Shown here: piece by piece, positions 39,770 to 52,680 of the stretch | How positions within the stretch are numbered: position 1 is the first letter of the stretch | Layout of the letters: each line of letters opens with the position of its first letter | Source of the DNA: Octopus vulgaris | Lineage: Eukaryota | DNA: 64,000 nucleotides | NCBI GenBank assembly: GCA_951406725.2 | Contig: OX597814.1 | Location: 47,988,001-48,052,000 of the forward strand | Direction of reading: 5' to 3' | Translations under genes and position numbers: made by a program | Notes under the pieces: model-generated | Database searches by the model: none | What the model was told of the DNA's origin: nothing | Seen by the model: only the letters and a program-made list of their open reading frames with translations

Positions 39770-40670
39770 CATGCTAAGATACACCCATATATGTACACAC
39801 AAGTATGTAAAAATTTTTAAATGTTGTTCATAGCTATGAAGTGTATACATGCAACAAGACGGCTTTGTAGTTGCTCAGTTTGTTTAAAATCTTCAAAATG
39901 GGAAACAGTTTTGAATTGTAGAGCTTTAGGAAGTATACTCACAATAGAAACAGCATAGCTTTGTATTGAGCATCGATCTAACAATTCTTTACTGGCTACC
40001 TCTGTACTATTGATGCACTAAACCATTTATATACAAGTCTGGCAAAAGAAAGCTGACCAGAATACTGAAAAATATTGTATTGGATATGGGTTAGCTTTCA
40101 GTCATTTAGCCTATTATAAATGAAATTGGTATTTATTATTTTATTTATTTTGGAATCTTTTTTTTTTTCTTTTTTGCTGCTTTCGCAGATTCCCATGACT
40201 TTCTGTTGCCATCCAATTCCCTTATTATGAATTTGAATTGGGAGCTTTTATTAGCTGATTACACAACCATAGGTGCCACCCCTATGGATGTGTTGCAGTT
40301 ACTCTCTTGATAGAGCTTAGTGATCTTGACCGTTGATCTGGGATTTCTCTACTCAGCCCAAATGTAAGAAGCACCATTGGCTTAGTTGAACTCTTCTGCT
40401 ACCTCTTCACAATCCACCATGCTGCAATACCATAACTTTGCTGTATCCCTGGCAGGGTGGCTAAACAGGTGCTATGCCTTGCAAAAGAGCAACTCATAAC
40501 TATGCAGGAATTTAAACTGATATTTACGGATGGATAAAGTCATCTCTTTCTTTAATGAAGTAAATGGCAATTTCTGGAACAATAGGGAAGATTTTGTTGC
40601 ATATTTAATACCTAGATATTTGGAAGTAGCAAAAATGTAATAAAAATTAAGGGGTAAAAATATTTCTCTT

Positions 40671-40896
40671 ATTTCTTTATTGACCACAAGGGGCTAAACG
40701 TAGAGGGGACAAACAAGGACAAACAAAGAGATTAAGTCGATTACATCGACCCCAGTGCATAACTGGTACTTAATTTATCGACCCTGAAAGGATGAAAGGC
40801 AAAGTTGACCTTGGCGGAATTTGAACTCAGAATGTAGTGGCAGATGAAATACCGCTAAGCATTTTGCCTTGCGTGCTTGTGTTTCTGCTAGCTCGC
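40671..40896 (-). mobile_element. SINE family B with 22-bp TSD
   Basis: AAGGGGTAAAAATATTTCTCTT at 40649-40670 and 40897-40918. Body matches 30550-30782. Confidence 0.94.
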
Positions 40897-41069
40897 AAGG
40901 GGTAAAAATATTTCTCTTGGTGACTGGTGCAATATCTAAAGACCTAAAAGGATTGTATGTAAGAAGAGGAATCAAATAATTGAGAATCTCTTTAGATAAG
41001 AATCTCAATCGTTTATTATAATATTGGTCACAGTATGTTGGCTTTGTATTATATTGTCAATAATTTTAT

Positions 41070-41385
41070 AGGTTCAGATATGACTGTGTGGTTAAGAAGC
41101 TTACTTTGAAACACGTGGTTTTTGGGTTCAGTTAGTTGTCTTCTACTATAGCTCCAGGCTGAATGAATTTGGTATGGAAGCGTGTCGTGTGTGTGTGTGT
41201 ATTTGTGTTTGTCCCCTGTAACCACTTGACAACTAGTGTCGGTTTGTTTACATCTCCATAACTTGGTGGTTTGGTAAAAGAGACTGATAGAATAGGTACC
41301 AGATTTAAAAATAAGTTCTGGTGTTGATTTGTTTAACTAAACTCTTAGCATGGCCACAGTCTAATGACTAAAACAAGTAAAAGAT
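41070..41385 (+). mobile_element. SINE family A, diverged with deletions
   Basis: GACTGTGTGGTTAAGAAGC...GATAGAATAGGTACC...ACTAAAACAAGTAAAAGATA. Confidence 0.85.
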
Positions 41386-41629
41386 ATTGGTGGCAGTATA
41401 CAATCAATAAATGTGACTGATATATTAATCAGAAGATGGTTTCCATTCCAAAGAAGTTAATAATATCTAGCTTTGTTATCAAGGAATGTAATTGCTGAGA
41501 ATTGTTATTGACTAGATAGCGTGAAGTACAAGTGGTTTTATTTAGTTTAATTCAATGACTGTGTTAATGAGTATACATCATATCTTTCTTTTACTTGTTT
41601 CAGTCATTAGACTGTGACCATGCTGGGAG

Positions 41630-42067
41630 CTTTACTTTTGTGATCCTTTCTAACAATTCGTGTAAGAGTCCAATGGTCCCTATCTGAAAGTTTTGTTTTT
41701 CTTCTGGAGTTTTGTTTTGATGGGGAGGTTTTTCCCTCTTTCTCAAAGTCTGTCATTACTTTCCAGACAGTATTTTTTGATACACTAAACATTTCAGCTG
41801 TTTTCATTATGCTAGCGCCTGCCATACGAACACCAACAATTTGACCTCTTTGAAAGTCCAATATACGTATCTGTCATTTTAATGAATTTTAATTACCTTT
41901 TTCTGATGATATCTGAAAAGAAACAGCAATTTTAGCAAAACATATTAAGCAACACTAATAGTAAATCAAAAAAACATAAAAATAAACAAGCATTTGACGG
42001 TTTTATAGATATTTCAAAATTATGATGCTATGATGCTAGGTGTTTCCATTATTTTGTCCTACCCCTG
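41630..42067 (-). mobile_element. Tc1-like transposon 5' fragment (left TIR and paired-type DNA-binding domain)
   Basis: DFQRGQIVGVRMAGASIMKTAEMFSVSKNTVWKVMTDFEKEGKT...RKTKLSDRDHWTLTRIVRKDHK. Frameshifted ATG at 41877. Terminus CAGGGGTAGGACAAAATAATGGAAACACC. Truncated at a SINE A tail (41585-41630). Confidence 0.88.
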
Positions 42068-42070
42068 CAT

Positions 42071-42101
<31 letters not shown>

Positions 42102-44708
42102 CACATGCACACACATATATGTGACAGGCTTCTTTCAGTTTCCATCTACCATTTCCACTTACAAGGCTTTGGTCAGCCTCACAAAGATATGGTGACGATA
42201 TCACTGTCATGCAAGCAGTGTACTTCATTCCCAATCTTGTCTGGAAAACATCCCAAACCATGGGGAAATATTACCTTACTTGGAAACAGGTGAGTGTTGG
42301 CTAAAGGAAGGGAATCCAGCTGTAGAAAAATTACCTCAGCAAATTCTACCCAACCCATATGAGCATGGAAAAGTAGATGTGGTGGAGACTGCGGCTGCTG
42401 CTGCTTCATCATATGCTTATTAATATAGTGTATGTAATGTGTTTAAGTTTACAAGTATTAATACAAACTACTCTTTGAAAGATGCTAAATTGTGGAGTTC
42501 ACATCTTGTCTCTCGTTTGGACATTTAATTCTGTATCTCATTTTGCTTTGGTTTTAGTGAATAGTTTCTGGATGCTGTGCTTATGTAATCTGTGGTAGGC
42601 TAGAATCTTATTCAAAGGAAGATTTATCATTCCTCTGTTTGATGCTACAGAGTTTGAAATTAAGCATAAACTTTATAAACCTCTGATTTTCTGGTCATAT
42701 TATTATATAATCTCCTCACACCAGCCATTAGTACGGAATTGTCATTAAAAATGATTCCGTTCTATGGGCTTATTACTGAACTTTTATTATTATGGCAGCT
42801 TTAAAAACAATGATGAATTTATGATGCAAGGGCAAACTAACATTATCTATTGATCTTGGAAAAAAAAAATTCTTTCCCTTGATTAAATTGTATAAATTAT
42901 GCCATATGTAGTGAGGATGATAGGGAAAACAGTTGACTGTCTTTAAAGTCTTCAGATCTTGGTAGACTGTACTGTTTATATATCCAATGTAATTTTGTTG
43001 TTGTTAGATAAGAAATTATAGAAACACTGTGCACATATGCATGTATGTGCACTTGGGGGCTTGGAAGTAAGAAGTAATTATAAGCTTGATGTTAAAGGAA
43101 ATATGAATGGATTAATGTTGAATAAACAGAAAGATGAAAGATGTATGTTGTTGACATAATTGGTGTGAATTAAACTAAGAAAATATAGCATGTGGTGAGA
43201 GACTGCATGATTTTGCAGCAACAACTCCACATCAAAGTAGAATAGGGAAAGATACTTTTATCAGACTTCAAAATGCAAACAGAAACTTTAGAAGAGCAAT
43301 GGTTATTAACTCCACACTAACTGAGAAGGTAGTGTAAATTATGCCAGAATTTAGTTTGTGTGTAAGTTGAAGTCTGGCTGAAGTGATACAGATACTGTGT
43401 AATTCTGTTAGAAATGGCTATATCAAGGATATCAACTTAAAATTCCATATCACAGAAAAAAGTGTTAGAATTCAGAGTAAAAAGGTTGACCAAGAATATT
43501 TTTGTTAAATTAAAATATATTGGTGGAGGGAAAGATCACTGTTTGATAATTTTATAAAGAAGAATGAAAATAAAGTTATATTTACTGAGATTAGCATCAG
43601 ATAATCAAATAATCTTATGTGGAAGAAAGTAAATTATGTGAATATTTCTCCATGTTCAAAGGCAAGGCTTTTGATGTTGCTATATATTTTAACGTGTAAA
43701 ATAACCTTTATGATAGTGGATTCATAGGTACAAGTATGTAAAGAGAGAAATGTATGAAGATAAGTTGGAGCTGAAAATGGGAGTGTTGAAGATAGTAATG
43801 GTAGCATCTGTAGAATTATTTGTGTTGCAGTAGTAGCTGAGAAAGATTCTACTGAGATAAAAAGGATTCTGTTGTGTTGTGGAGATAAAAAGAAGTGTAT
43901 TTTTGTAGTGAATTTGTATAAAAGGAAGTGGGACAAGTGAAAATGTCAACCAGTGATGTAAGAGAGTGGATGTATGATTTTCTAGCTTACAGGGTAACCA
44001 GATAAAGTTAGCTGTAAAATATTTACTAGGGTCACTGGATCAGATTTCAGGCTTCAGTTTTACTTTATTGATAGCTTTTGGAATTCTTTTACAAATGCTC
44101 ACTTACATACACATGTGTGACCATACACATACACACTTCTGTCTGTCTCTCTCTCTCCTGCTCTCCACCCCCTCTCTCTCAATTATTCAGAAAAGCTTAT
44201 ACTCCACATAGTGTACGTACAGTGTTTGCACATGTGCAGTACACTTATATTTACACATGATGTTCATCTCAGCACAAAGCTTCAAATTTTGTGTAGTAGG
44301 AATTAAAATTAGGCATGGCTGTGTGGTTAAGAAGGTCTCTTCACAGCCACAAGGATTTGAGTTCAGTCCCACTGTGCAGCACCTTGGGCAAGTATCTTTT
44401 ACCAGATGTTCATCTCAGCATAAAGCTTCAAATTTTGTGTAGTAGTATAGTTGATGAATTTGATCCTCCCTACCTGATTAGTACTTATTTTATTAACCCA
44501 AGAAGGGTAAAAAGCAAAACTAACCTTACCAGGATTTTAACTCTGAATGTAAAGGAACACACTAAATACAACAAATCATTTTGTTGACTCCCCTACTAAT
44601 TCTGCCATATTCTTTTATTCCTCAACTTGTTTCAGTCATTGGACTGTGGCCATGCTGGGGCAACACTTTGTCTAATATTCCAATGGTTCTGCTTGTCCAC
44701 CACCTTAA

Positions 44709-44904
44709 TCCTTTAGCATCAAAACTACCCAATTTAAGTTCATATTGGCTGGATCTGGCCTCTTGTATCTACCCTATAATGTCATTCTAAAAATAGACAA
44801 TCATATCATCAAAATCTTCAAGTTGCAAGATAGTGCCTAATTAATTCAAAACAATGGGCATAAATAAGTTTAACATTTGACAGAGTAATCTAAATACTAA
44901 AGGG
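44709..44904. mobile_element. piggyBac-type MITE, family 2
   Basis: TTAA|TCCTTTAGCAT...ATACTAAAGGG|TTAA. Confidence 0.8.
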
Positions 44905-45704
44905 TTAAATATAACTGTGAAAATAAAATATACTGAAACATCTTAGAATGAAGAAAATTGCCATTAAACAGATTAGAAGGCAATCAAATTTACAAACATG
45001 ATATACTGTTTAAATTCTTTTATATAAGAGATAATAGACTGGTACCTCAATTTTCAACTTTTTGTCTCTCTACAACATTATTACTGACTCATACATCAAG
45101 AGGTCTTAATAATACTGTTATTTTATCTTAATAATCTATTTGATGTATATCAGAGAAGTTATCTTGATAAATCTTTTCAAACATGAAAAATGTTTGGCTC
45201 TAATGGATTAAACTTGATAACTTTAAAATTTTCATTATGACTGTTTGTTATCTAACTAGATTAAGCTAGATAACTTTGAAAGCATCCTAATTTAAATATG
45301 AAATATTCTCATGTTTGTGTCTGTTGGAATGGCTGTATGGTAAAGAAGTGCAATTTGAAACTACACGATTCCTGATTTGCACAAGTGTGTTACATTTTAG
45401 CCTTGGTCTTACCGATACCTTGGGAGAGAAATTAAAACTATTTAAACATAATTCACGATATTTTATGTCTGATTGAGTTATAATGATATGATCTTACCAA
45501 CTCCTATCTTCTGAAAACACTTTGATAAGTATCAGGCAAAAATACTGGGGTTAGTATAACTGTCATTGTCAGTTATGAAGATGAATGTTTCAGTCGATCA
45601 GATCAACTGAAGAGCCTGCTCATGAGATTAATGTGCAAGTGGCTGAGCACTCTACAAACATGCATACCCTTAATGTAGTTCTCATGGAGATTCAGCTTGA
45701 CACA

Positions 45705-46521
45705 GGACACTCTGAGAGTATAGCGGCTAGAATAAGAATAACCTGAGCAAAGTTCAGAGTGCTTCTACCTCTGCTGGCAAGCAAGGGCTTCTTGCTCAAG
45801 ATGAAAGATAGACAGTATGATGCATGTGTGCAAACTGCCATGTTACACAGCAGTGAAACATGGGCCATGACTGCTGAGGACATGCATAGGCTTGAAAGAA
45901 ATGAAGCTAGTGTGATCCATTGGATGTGTAATGTCAGTGTGCATACACAACAAAATGTGAGTGCCCTGAGAGAAAAGTTGGACATTAGAAGCATCAAATG
46001 TGGTGTGCAAGAGAGATAACTATGCTGGTATGGTCATGTGTTATGTATGGATGAGGACAGGTGTGTGAGGAAGTGCCACACCCTAACTGTGGAAGGAACT
46101 TGTGGAAGAAGTAGCTCCCAGAAGACATAGGATAAGGTGGTGAAGCATGACCTTTGAATATTGGGCCTCACAGAGGCAATGACAGGAGACTGAGACCTTC
46201 GGAGATATGCTGTGGTTGAGAAGACCCAGCAACTAAAGTGACATTGCAGCCATGACCGATGCCAGTGTTGCATGTCCATTTAAGGGTACCCTCAATGCAT
46301 CAGGCAATATGATATGGTCAATACCAGTGTCCCTGGACTGGCTCCCGTGCTGGTGGCACATGCAAAACACCATCCAAATGTGGTTGATGCCATGTCTGCC
46401 TGAGTGGCTCCCATGCCAGTAGCATATAAAAAGCACTATCCAAACATGATTGACTAAAGAAATTCCATCTGACCCATGCAACTATGGAAAAGTGGATGTT
46501 AAATGATGATAATGATGATGA
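45705..46521 (+). mobile_element. RTE LINE 3' portion (decayed ORF end, 3' UTR and (GAT)n tail)
   Basis: SIAARIRIT*AKFRVLLPLL...YDACVQTAMLHSSETWAMT...LERNEASVIHWMCNV...WYGHVLCMDEDRCVRKC...VEGTCGR, stop at 46239-46241. The UTR carries the GTGCYGGTGGCAC units and GGAAAAGTGGATGTTAAATGATGAT. Confidence 0.92.
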
Positions 46522-46915
46522 TTCTGCCACCGCTACCTTCTTCTTCATCATCATCATTATCCTCATTGCTTTAATATCTGCTTTCCTATACTAGAATAAG
46601 TTAGGCAAAACTTATTGAAACAATTGTTCAATGGCTGAGTACCCCTTGTCTGAATTTGGAAATTGTTATATTATTATGCATCAGATTGGATTAGAAAATT
46701 TTGACCTGTGATAGCCTGGCATCCTATCTGAGAGGAGGTTTGTTTAATTTTTGTGTCATCACGGTAGCGGCTTGGTGCTTTGTGTTACGTTTGGAATTAT
46801 TGTATTTCTACTAAAAATATTCACTGCTTATGAATGAAAGCTAGGAGGGCTAATGATATTTGTGAAAATGAGCTGAGTATAAATATTCACTCTCCTCTTC
46901 AGTATGCACACATGC

Positions 46916-46919
<4 letters not shown>

Positions 46920-46974
<55 letters not shown>
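46920..46974. repeat. (AG)n microsatellite
   Basis: About 27 AG units. Confidence 0.97.
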
Positions 46975-46976
<2 letters not shown>

Positions 46977-47804
46977 AAGTAAAATCATCACTAACAGCAA
47001 TAGCAACAATTTTATCTATTTGATGTACTCACTGCAATAGTAATAAGAATATAATGCTTATAGTACAGAATGTTTATTTTTGATAAGTCAATAAAAATAT
47101 GTTTGTTGGTGTGCTAATATTTATGCATGTGGCTAGCTTTGAACACCAGATGGTGAATTATTATTAGAGTGTAGTACAGTTTGCTTTTACTCAGAAGCAT
47201 ATGTTTTATTAGCAACCTCAAGTTTTGTCAGTTGCAGAATTCTATGTGTGTGTTTCATGGCTTATTCATATTATTATTATTATCCATTTCATCAAAAACC
47301 ATGCCAAAACAGACACAGAAGCATGGTGCAGGCTCCTGCCTGCCCAGCTTCTGTCAAACTGTCCAACCCATGCCAGCATGGAAGGGAGGATGTTAAGTGA
47401 TAATGATGACCACCACTGACTATGTTTTTACATCTGCTTTTTTCTTTCTATGTCATCATTGGATGAAATAAAATTGTCATGCATAATGACATTTTTATAT
47501 TTTGCTTAACCCTATCACAGAAATCATTATAAGCTCCATATTCTTTATAACAACAATCTCTATTACCTTGTAATTATAGAGTTGAGGCATTTTTGTCACA
47601 TTCTAACTACCAATGCAATAAATTACTTTTGCTACTCCAAGACAAAAGGGTTTTTTCTTATATGTATAGCACAGGTCCTGTTTACATGATCTCATTTTTC
47701 AAATGGTAATTAAACTACTTGTACACTATAGACAAATTTGTTGCAGAATATTTTAAAATCAAATTGGAAGAATCTAATCTAATGAATAATTATAAATAAT
47801 TGTA

Positions 47805-48180
47805 GGGGTAGGCATGGCTGTAGGGTGAAAAAACTTGCTTTGTGACTACATGGTTTTGGGTTCAGTCCCACTATGCAGCACCTTGGGCAAGTGTCTTCTG
47901 TCATAGCCCCAGGCTGATCAATGTTTTGTGAGTGAATTTGGTAGAAGGAAACTGTGCAGAAACCTGTTTAGTGTGTGTGCATGTGTGTTTGTTCCTCTCC
48001 TCACTGTTTGGCAACTGATGCTGGTTGGTTTACATCCCTTTAACTTCATACTTTGCAAAAGAAACTGATAGAATAAGTACCAGACTTTAAAAATATGTAC
48101 TAGGTTTAGTTGCTTCTAAACTCTTCAGGATAGTCTCCCAACATGACCACAGGCCAATGACTAACGTAAGTAAAAGATAA
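47805..48180 (+). mobile_element. SINE family A, diverged
   Basis: GGGTTCAGTCCCACTATGCAGCACCTTGGGCAAGTGTCTTCT...GTAAGTAAAAGATAA. Confidence 0.88.
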
Positions 48181-48234
48181 ATTACAAATATAGCATTATA
48201 TATTTCTGGAGAAACAGTTATAAGAGTAGTTCTT

Positions 48235-48500
48235 ATCTAGAAGCAAACTACATTGCATTTGTTGATCTGGAAAAAAAAACCCTGTAACAAATTCTCAGAA
48301 ACTGTATTTTTTGGGTTGCTATATAGCTATGTGAGTGTATGCAAGGGAATTTAGGCAATGCACAAGGGGACACAAACAATATTAGGATTGACAGTAATCA
48401 GTGGGAAATTTAGTGTACTGGTGAAAATGCTTTGGGACTTTGTCTTAAGTCTCTGGATTTACATATTCAGGAATTATTGTCTATAAGGCATTTAATGCAC
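48235..48500 (+). mobile_element. Highly decayed RTE reverse transcriptase fragment
   Basis: YIAFVDLEK motif at about 48249-48275, followed by degenerate RT-like sequence. Confidence 0.5.
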
Positions 48501-48524
48501 TGATGACTAGGCTGCCATTGCTTA

Positions 48525-48745
48525 TGGCAGAAACGTTAGCATGCGGGGCGAAATGCTTAGTGGTATTTCGTCTGCCACTGCATTCTGAGTTCAAATTCTG
48601 CTGAGGTCAACTTTGCCTTTCATCCTTTTGGGGTCGATTAAATAAGTACCAGTTAGGCACTGGGGTCGATATAATCGACTTAATCCATTTGTCTGTCCTT
48701 GTTTGTCCTCTCTGTGTTTAGCCCCTTGTGTGCAGTAAAGAAATA
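48525..48745 (+). mobile_element. SINE family B, slightly 5'-truncated
   Basis: Near-identical to 8474-8693. Confidence 0.93.
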
Positions 48746-48919
48746 AGACTTTATCCAAAATTATCAAAAAGGGTCAAAACATGGAAACAGTCTAGAGCAA
48801 AAATGTCTTAAGATAAATGTGGTCAAATCTAAAGTTTCAGCTAGCAGAAGAGAACAGAAAGACTTAGTGTTTCTGTTGGAATATATAGCCATTGTTTCAA
48901 TTAATTTAGAATGTAACAG

Positions 48920-49186
48920 CCGGATCGCTAAGTTACGGGGACGTAAACACAACATCAGTTGTCAAGAGATGATGGCGGGGACAAACACAAACATATATAT
49001 ATATATACACATACACATACATGCAATGGGCTTCTTTCAGTTTCCATCTACCAAATCCACTTACAAGGCTTTGGTTGACCTGAGTCTATAGTAGAAGACA
49101 CTTGCCCAAGGTGCCACACAGTGAAATTGAACCAAGAACCTTGTTGTCGGTGAGCAAGCTACTTACCACACAGTTACTCTTGCACT
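48920..49186 (-). mobile_element. SINE family A, 3'-truncated
   Basis: AGAAGACACTTGCCCAAGGTGCC...GCTACTTACCACACAG is the reverse complement of the head. Confidence 0.88.
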
Positions 49187-49379
49187 TATGTATATATATA
49201 TATATATATTTAAATCTTGTGTGCATACTTGCATGTATGCATGTATGTTTAACTCATTAGTTCCACAAAGTTCAATACTTGGCTGTCTTCTAGTCTGTTT
49301 TGATAGATACTTCATGCTATTTGAACCAAAAATATCAACAGACAAGAATGATCTTTTTGCAGTCAGCTTGAACTAATAC

Positions 49380-49890
49380 TTTGTTGAGATGAATGCCTTG
49401 GCTGATGGCTGGAAAGTGATATTTCAATATTTGAGCCAGTGAAGTTCAAAGCAATGCTTTTATCAAGAAAAGGATATCCACTGTACCTTGATTGCATCTT
49501 GGGAATTTTCATCTTTCTATGAATAATGATCAGTGAGTATCAACATTGACAGCAAGCTGGTGTGAGTATAATTTCTCCACCATCTCAAACAGAACTAAAC
49601 AATTTTGCTGTTCTTTGTAAAATAACAAATGAGAAGTATATAGCAAGAATAACCACTGTCTACAAAGATCAAGTTTAAAGTCACATAAATTATGCTTGCC
49701 CATTTTGGATGAATGCTTCTTTACATAGTATCCTTAGCTAATTCAGCTTAAACCAAAAGAAAATATTCAGGATCAGTGCTTTTGATAAAGTTAATGCAGC
49801 CAAAACAAGCTCACTATTGACATGTTATATCATGGGAGATAGGGTTCATGGAATAACAGTACTCTATAAATTTATACATAAGCTACAGCC
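49380..49890 (+). mobile_element. Decayed CR1/L2-group LINE, RT C-terminal fragment
   Basis: ADGWKVIF / IFEPVKFKAMLLSRK / INIDSKLV* / TTVYKDQV*SHINYACPFWMNAS / RVHGITVLYKF in the expected order. Confidence 0.68.
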
Positions 49891-50392
49891 TTGCTGTGAA
49901 AGATGTCATTGTGGATTTTCCATCAAACATACAGTGAATACAGGCCTTCTGCTCTCAACCTTGTGCATAGGAAAACAGATCCTAAAAGTTAAAATTGTAA
50001 TCATCTCAACTAATAATATGTAAATATCCTTCTTGCTGTTAGAAAAATGCTGTGAATCACAGGTTAACCATTTCTTTTCTTTATTTCTTTTTTTCTTTTA
50101 GCAGTAAAATGTTCAGCGTAACTGTTATTTATGAATGTATGTTTATGCAGAACTGTATATACATATGATACTCCCTGGCTTGCTTTATATTCTACATACT
50201 CCTAATGAAATAATCATTACTGGTTGGATTTACTGAATTTCAACTACATAGGACTATACACTATACCCATCAGTATTAGTCTCTTGTGTGGTTTGTAGTC
50301 TGGTCCACTAAAGGAGCTTTTTTATGATTACCACTAGATTAGATCAATCCATATATTGTACATTAAATTTATATGCATATATATGTATCTTT

Positions 50393-50424
<32 letters not shown>

Positions 50425-50434
50425 ACACACACGC

Positions 50435-50467
<33 letters not shown>

Positions 50468-50524
50468 GTGTAATGTGTGTGTGTGTGCATGCGTGTGTAC
50501 CTGTATATCTATATAATGCATGTT

Positions 50525-50937
50525 TGGCACAGATGTAAGCATCTCACAAATGTTGAGATGCTTACTTCCCAACCAGGTGCAGTCCCATCATGTGGCACCT
50601 TGGGCAAGTACTTCTATAGCTGTGGGCCAACCAAATCCTTGTCAGGTTCAAGAAAACTGAAAAACACCTGCAGTATCTATCTATCTATATGCGCATGTGT
50701 GTGCATGCGCATGTATGCGCACATCCATGTTTTGACATCACAAGATAGTTGTAAACAAGCATCACCATTATACAAGCGATGTTGTTCATTTCCAGTCTTC
50801 CATAAAACACATGTCTAGCTATAGAAAAATATTTCTGTGCTTGGAAACAAGTGAAGGTTGGTGGCAAGAAGGGCATCTGGCTGTAGAAAATCTGCAAACA
50901 TGGAAAAGTGTATGTTAAACCAATGATAATAATAATT
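50525..50937 (+). mobile_element. SINE family A head with alternative RTE-type tail
   Basis: GGCACCTTGGGCAAGT head, microsatellite, then GGTTGGTGGCAAGAAGGGCATCTGGCTGTAGAAAA...CATGGAAAAGTGTATGTTAAAC. Confidence 0.75.
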
Positions 50938-51194
50938 ATGTACATACATACGCATTTCGCATTTCTGTTCATACATTTATGGACAGAAATATGTACATGC
51001 CTGGTGTGTATATGTATACACATATGCATGCACACACACACACACACACACATACACACATGTGTGCATATGAATATTTTTTAATGAACTGTAGGGGTAA
51101 ATATAAATGACACTTGAAAAGAAAATAAGAATCCCAGTTGGGAATCAAAATTATGTCTCATATTTGATCACTTTAGTGCATTTTTTTTTTTCTT

Positions 51195-51365
51195 TTCTGT
51201 ATATGTTTTCTCTCCTCATTCCTTTCTGCAGAGGAGCATAGGCTCAAAACATCAAGGACTCAGAGCATTAAACTAATACATTTTGTTTATTGTTCCCTCA
51301 CCCTCATCTGTCTCTGTCTTTTGGTTTTTTTTTTGGTTTTTTTGTTTCTTGTACAACTTTGAACA
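51195..51365 (+). mobile_element. Probable Penelope-like terminal repeat with decayed hammerhead motif
   Basis: TCCTT-T-CTGCAGA-G-GAGC-ATAG-GCTC-AAAAC-ATC-AAGGA at 51220-51258. Stems I and II pair, but the core is mutated. Confidence 0.5.
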
Positions 51366-52128
51366 CACTCACACACACACACACACACACATCCAGTATA
51401 TTTATAAGCATTCTCAATGCAGATATGCCATCTGGATTTACATTATTTGAGAAATTATATTTTCATAACACCAGCCAAACAATTACATTATCGAATGTAT
51501 TTATTTTAATCATCCAATAAGCTTTGATTAATTAAAACTGCTTTCTGTGTGGTCCAACAGGATAGAAACAAGTCTTAAAGGTTTGAATATATTGGAAGAA
51601 TTTATGGATCATAAACGAAGTTATGTAAAATACATGAAACATATATGTTATTTATTTCTTTATTTTTCAGATATTTTATTTCTGTTATTTTATTGATATA
51701 ATTTTGGTGTACATACATACAAACACACACATATGTATATATATATATACATACATACATATATCAAACACACTATCACACGTGTGTTTATGTATGAACT
51801 TACATATACATATGTTTCTTGTGTGTTTATATTATCTGAGTTACTTTCAACATATATCTGCATTCTGTTATCTCTGAAGTATCTAATATAGTCATTGACA
51901 AGAGTGGTAGACATATAAGCCCCCACAAATATGTTTATTCTATCTTTTATCTGTTCTAAGACTCTTGTTTTGTTATTTTAGTTGCATCGTACTTATCACA
52001 TTCACCACTGGACACCTGCATAAACTGGACTTCAAAGAGTATTTGTACATCTGAGATGTTGATACATAGAGTAACGCATATATATGCATACATGTGTGTA
52101 TGTATATATTTGTGTTATATATATATAT

Positions 52129-52456
52129 AAATGGAAATTGTAGTTGTGATACCTGTGCCGGTGGCACATAAAAAGCACCACCCGAATGTGGTTGATGCTA
52201 GTGCTGCCTTGACTGGCTTCTGTGCCAGTAGCACATAAAAAGCACCAACCGATTGTGGCCACTGCCAGCCTCCCCTGGCACCTGTGCTGGTGGCATGTAA
52301 AAAGCATCCACTACACTCGAGTAGTGGTTGGCATTAGGAAGGGCATCCAGCTGTAGAAACACTGCCAGATCAGGCTGGAGCCTGGGCAGCCTCCTGGCTT
52401 CCCAGACCCTGGTTGAACCATGCTAGCATGGAAAATGGATGTTAAACAACAACGAC

Positions 52457-52487
<31 letters not shown>
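52129..52487 (+). mobile_element. RTE-type 3' UTR retroposon copy with long (GAT)n tail
   Basis: Three hairpin units (52155, 52222, 52284) and the conserved tail, followed by compound (GGAT)(GTTT)(CTTT) repeats to about 52567. Confidence 0.92.
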
Positions 52488-52488
<1 letters not shown>

Positions 52489-52680
52489 GATGGATGGATG
52501 GATGGATGGATGGTTGTTTGTTTGTTTCTTTTTTTCCTTCTTTCCTTCTTTCTTTCTTTCTTTCTTTCACAGTGAACCTTTTGAAAATTGTCATGATGCC
52601 AATAAAATGAAGGAAAGTGGAATCGGACATCATAATTAACCTTAAACACTTTCACATTAGGGTATGTACTCTTCCATAGT

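Noticed and set aside
40189-40363. Strong acceptor and GTAAGA donor defining a 175-nt exon
   Set aside because: Stops in all three frames, and the sequence looks repeat-derived. A UTR exon cannot be excluded but is unsupported.
50070-50145. Strong NAGNAG acceptor followed by a short ATG frame
   Set aside because: Weak donor context and no other support.
52150-52310. CRISPR-like repeat-spacer appearance
   Set aside because: Eukaryotic retroposon 3' UTR; only 2-3 degenerate units, spacers are related to each other, and there are no cas genes.
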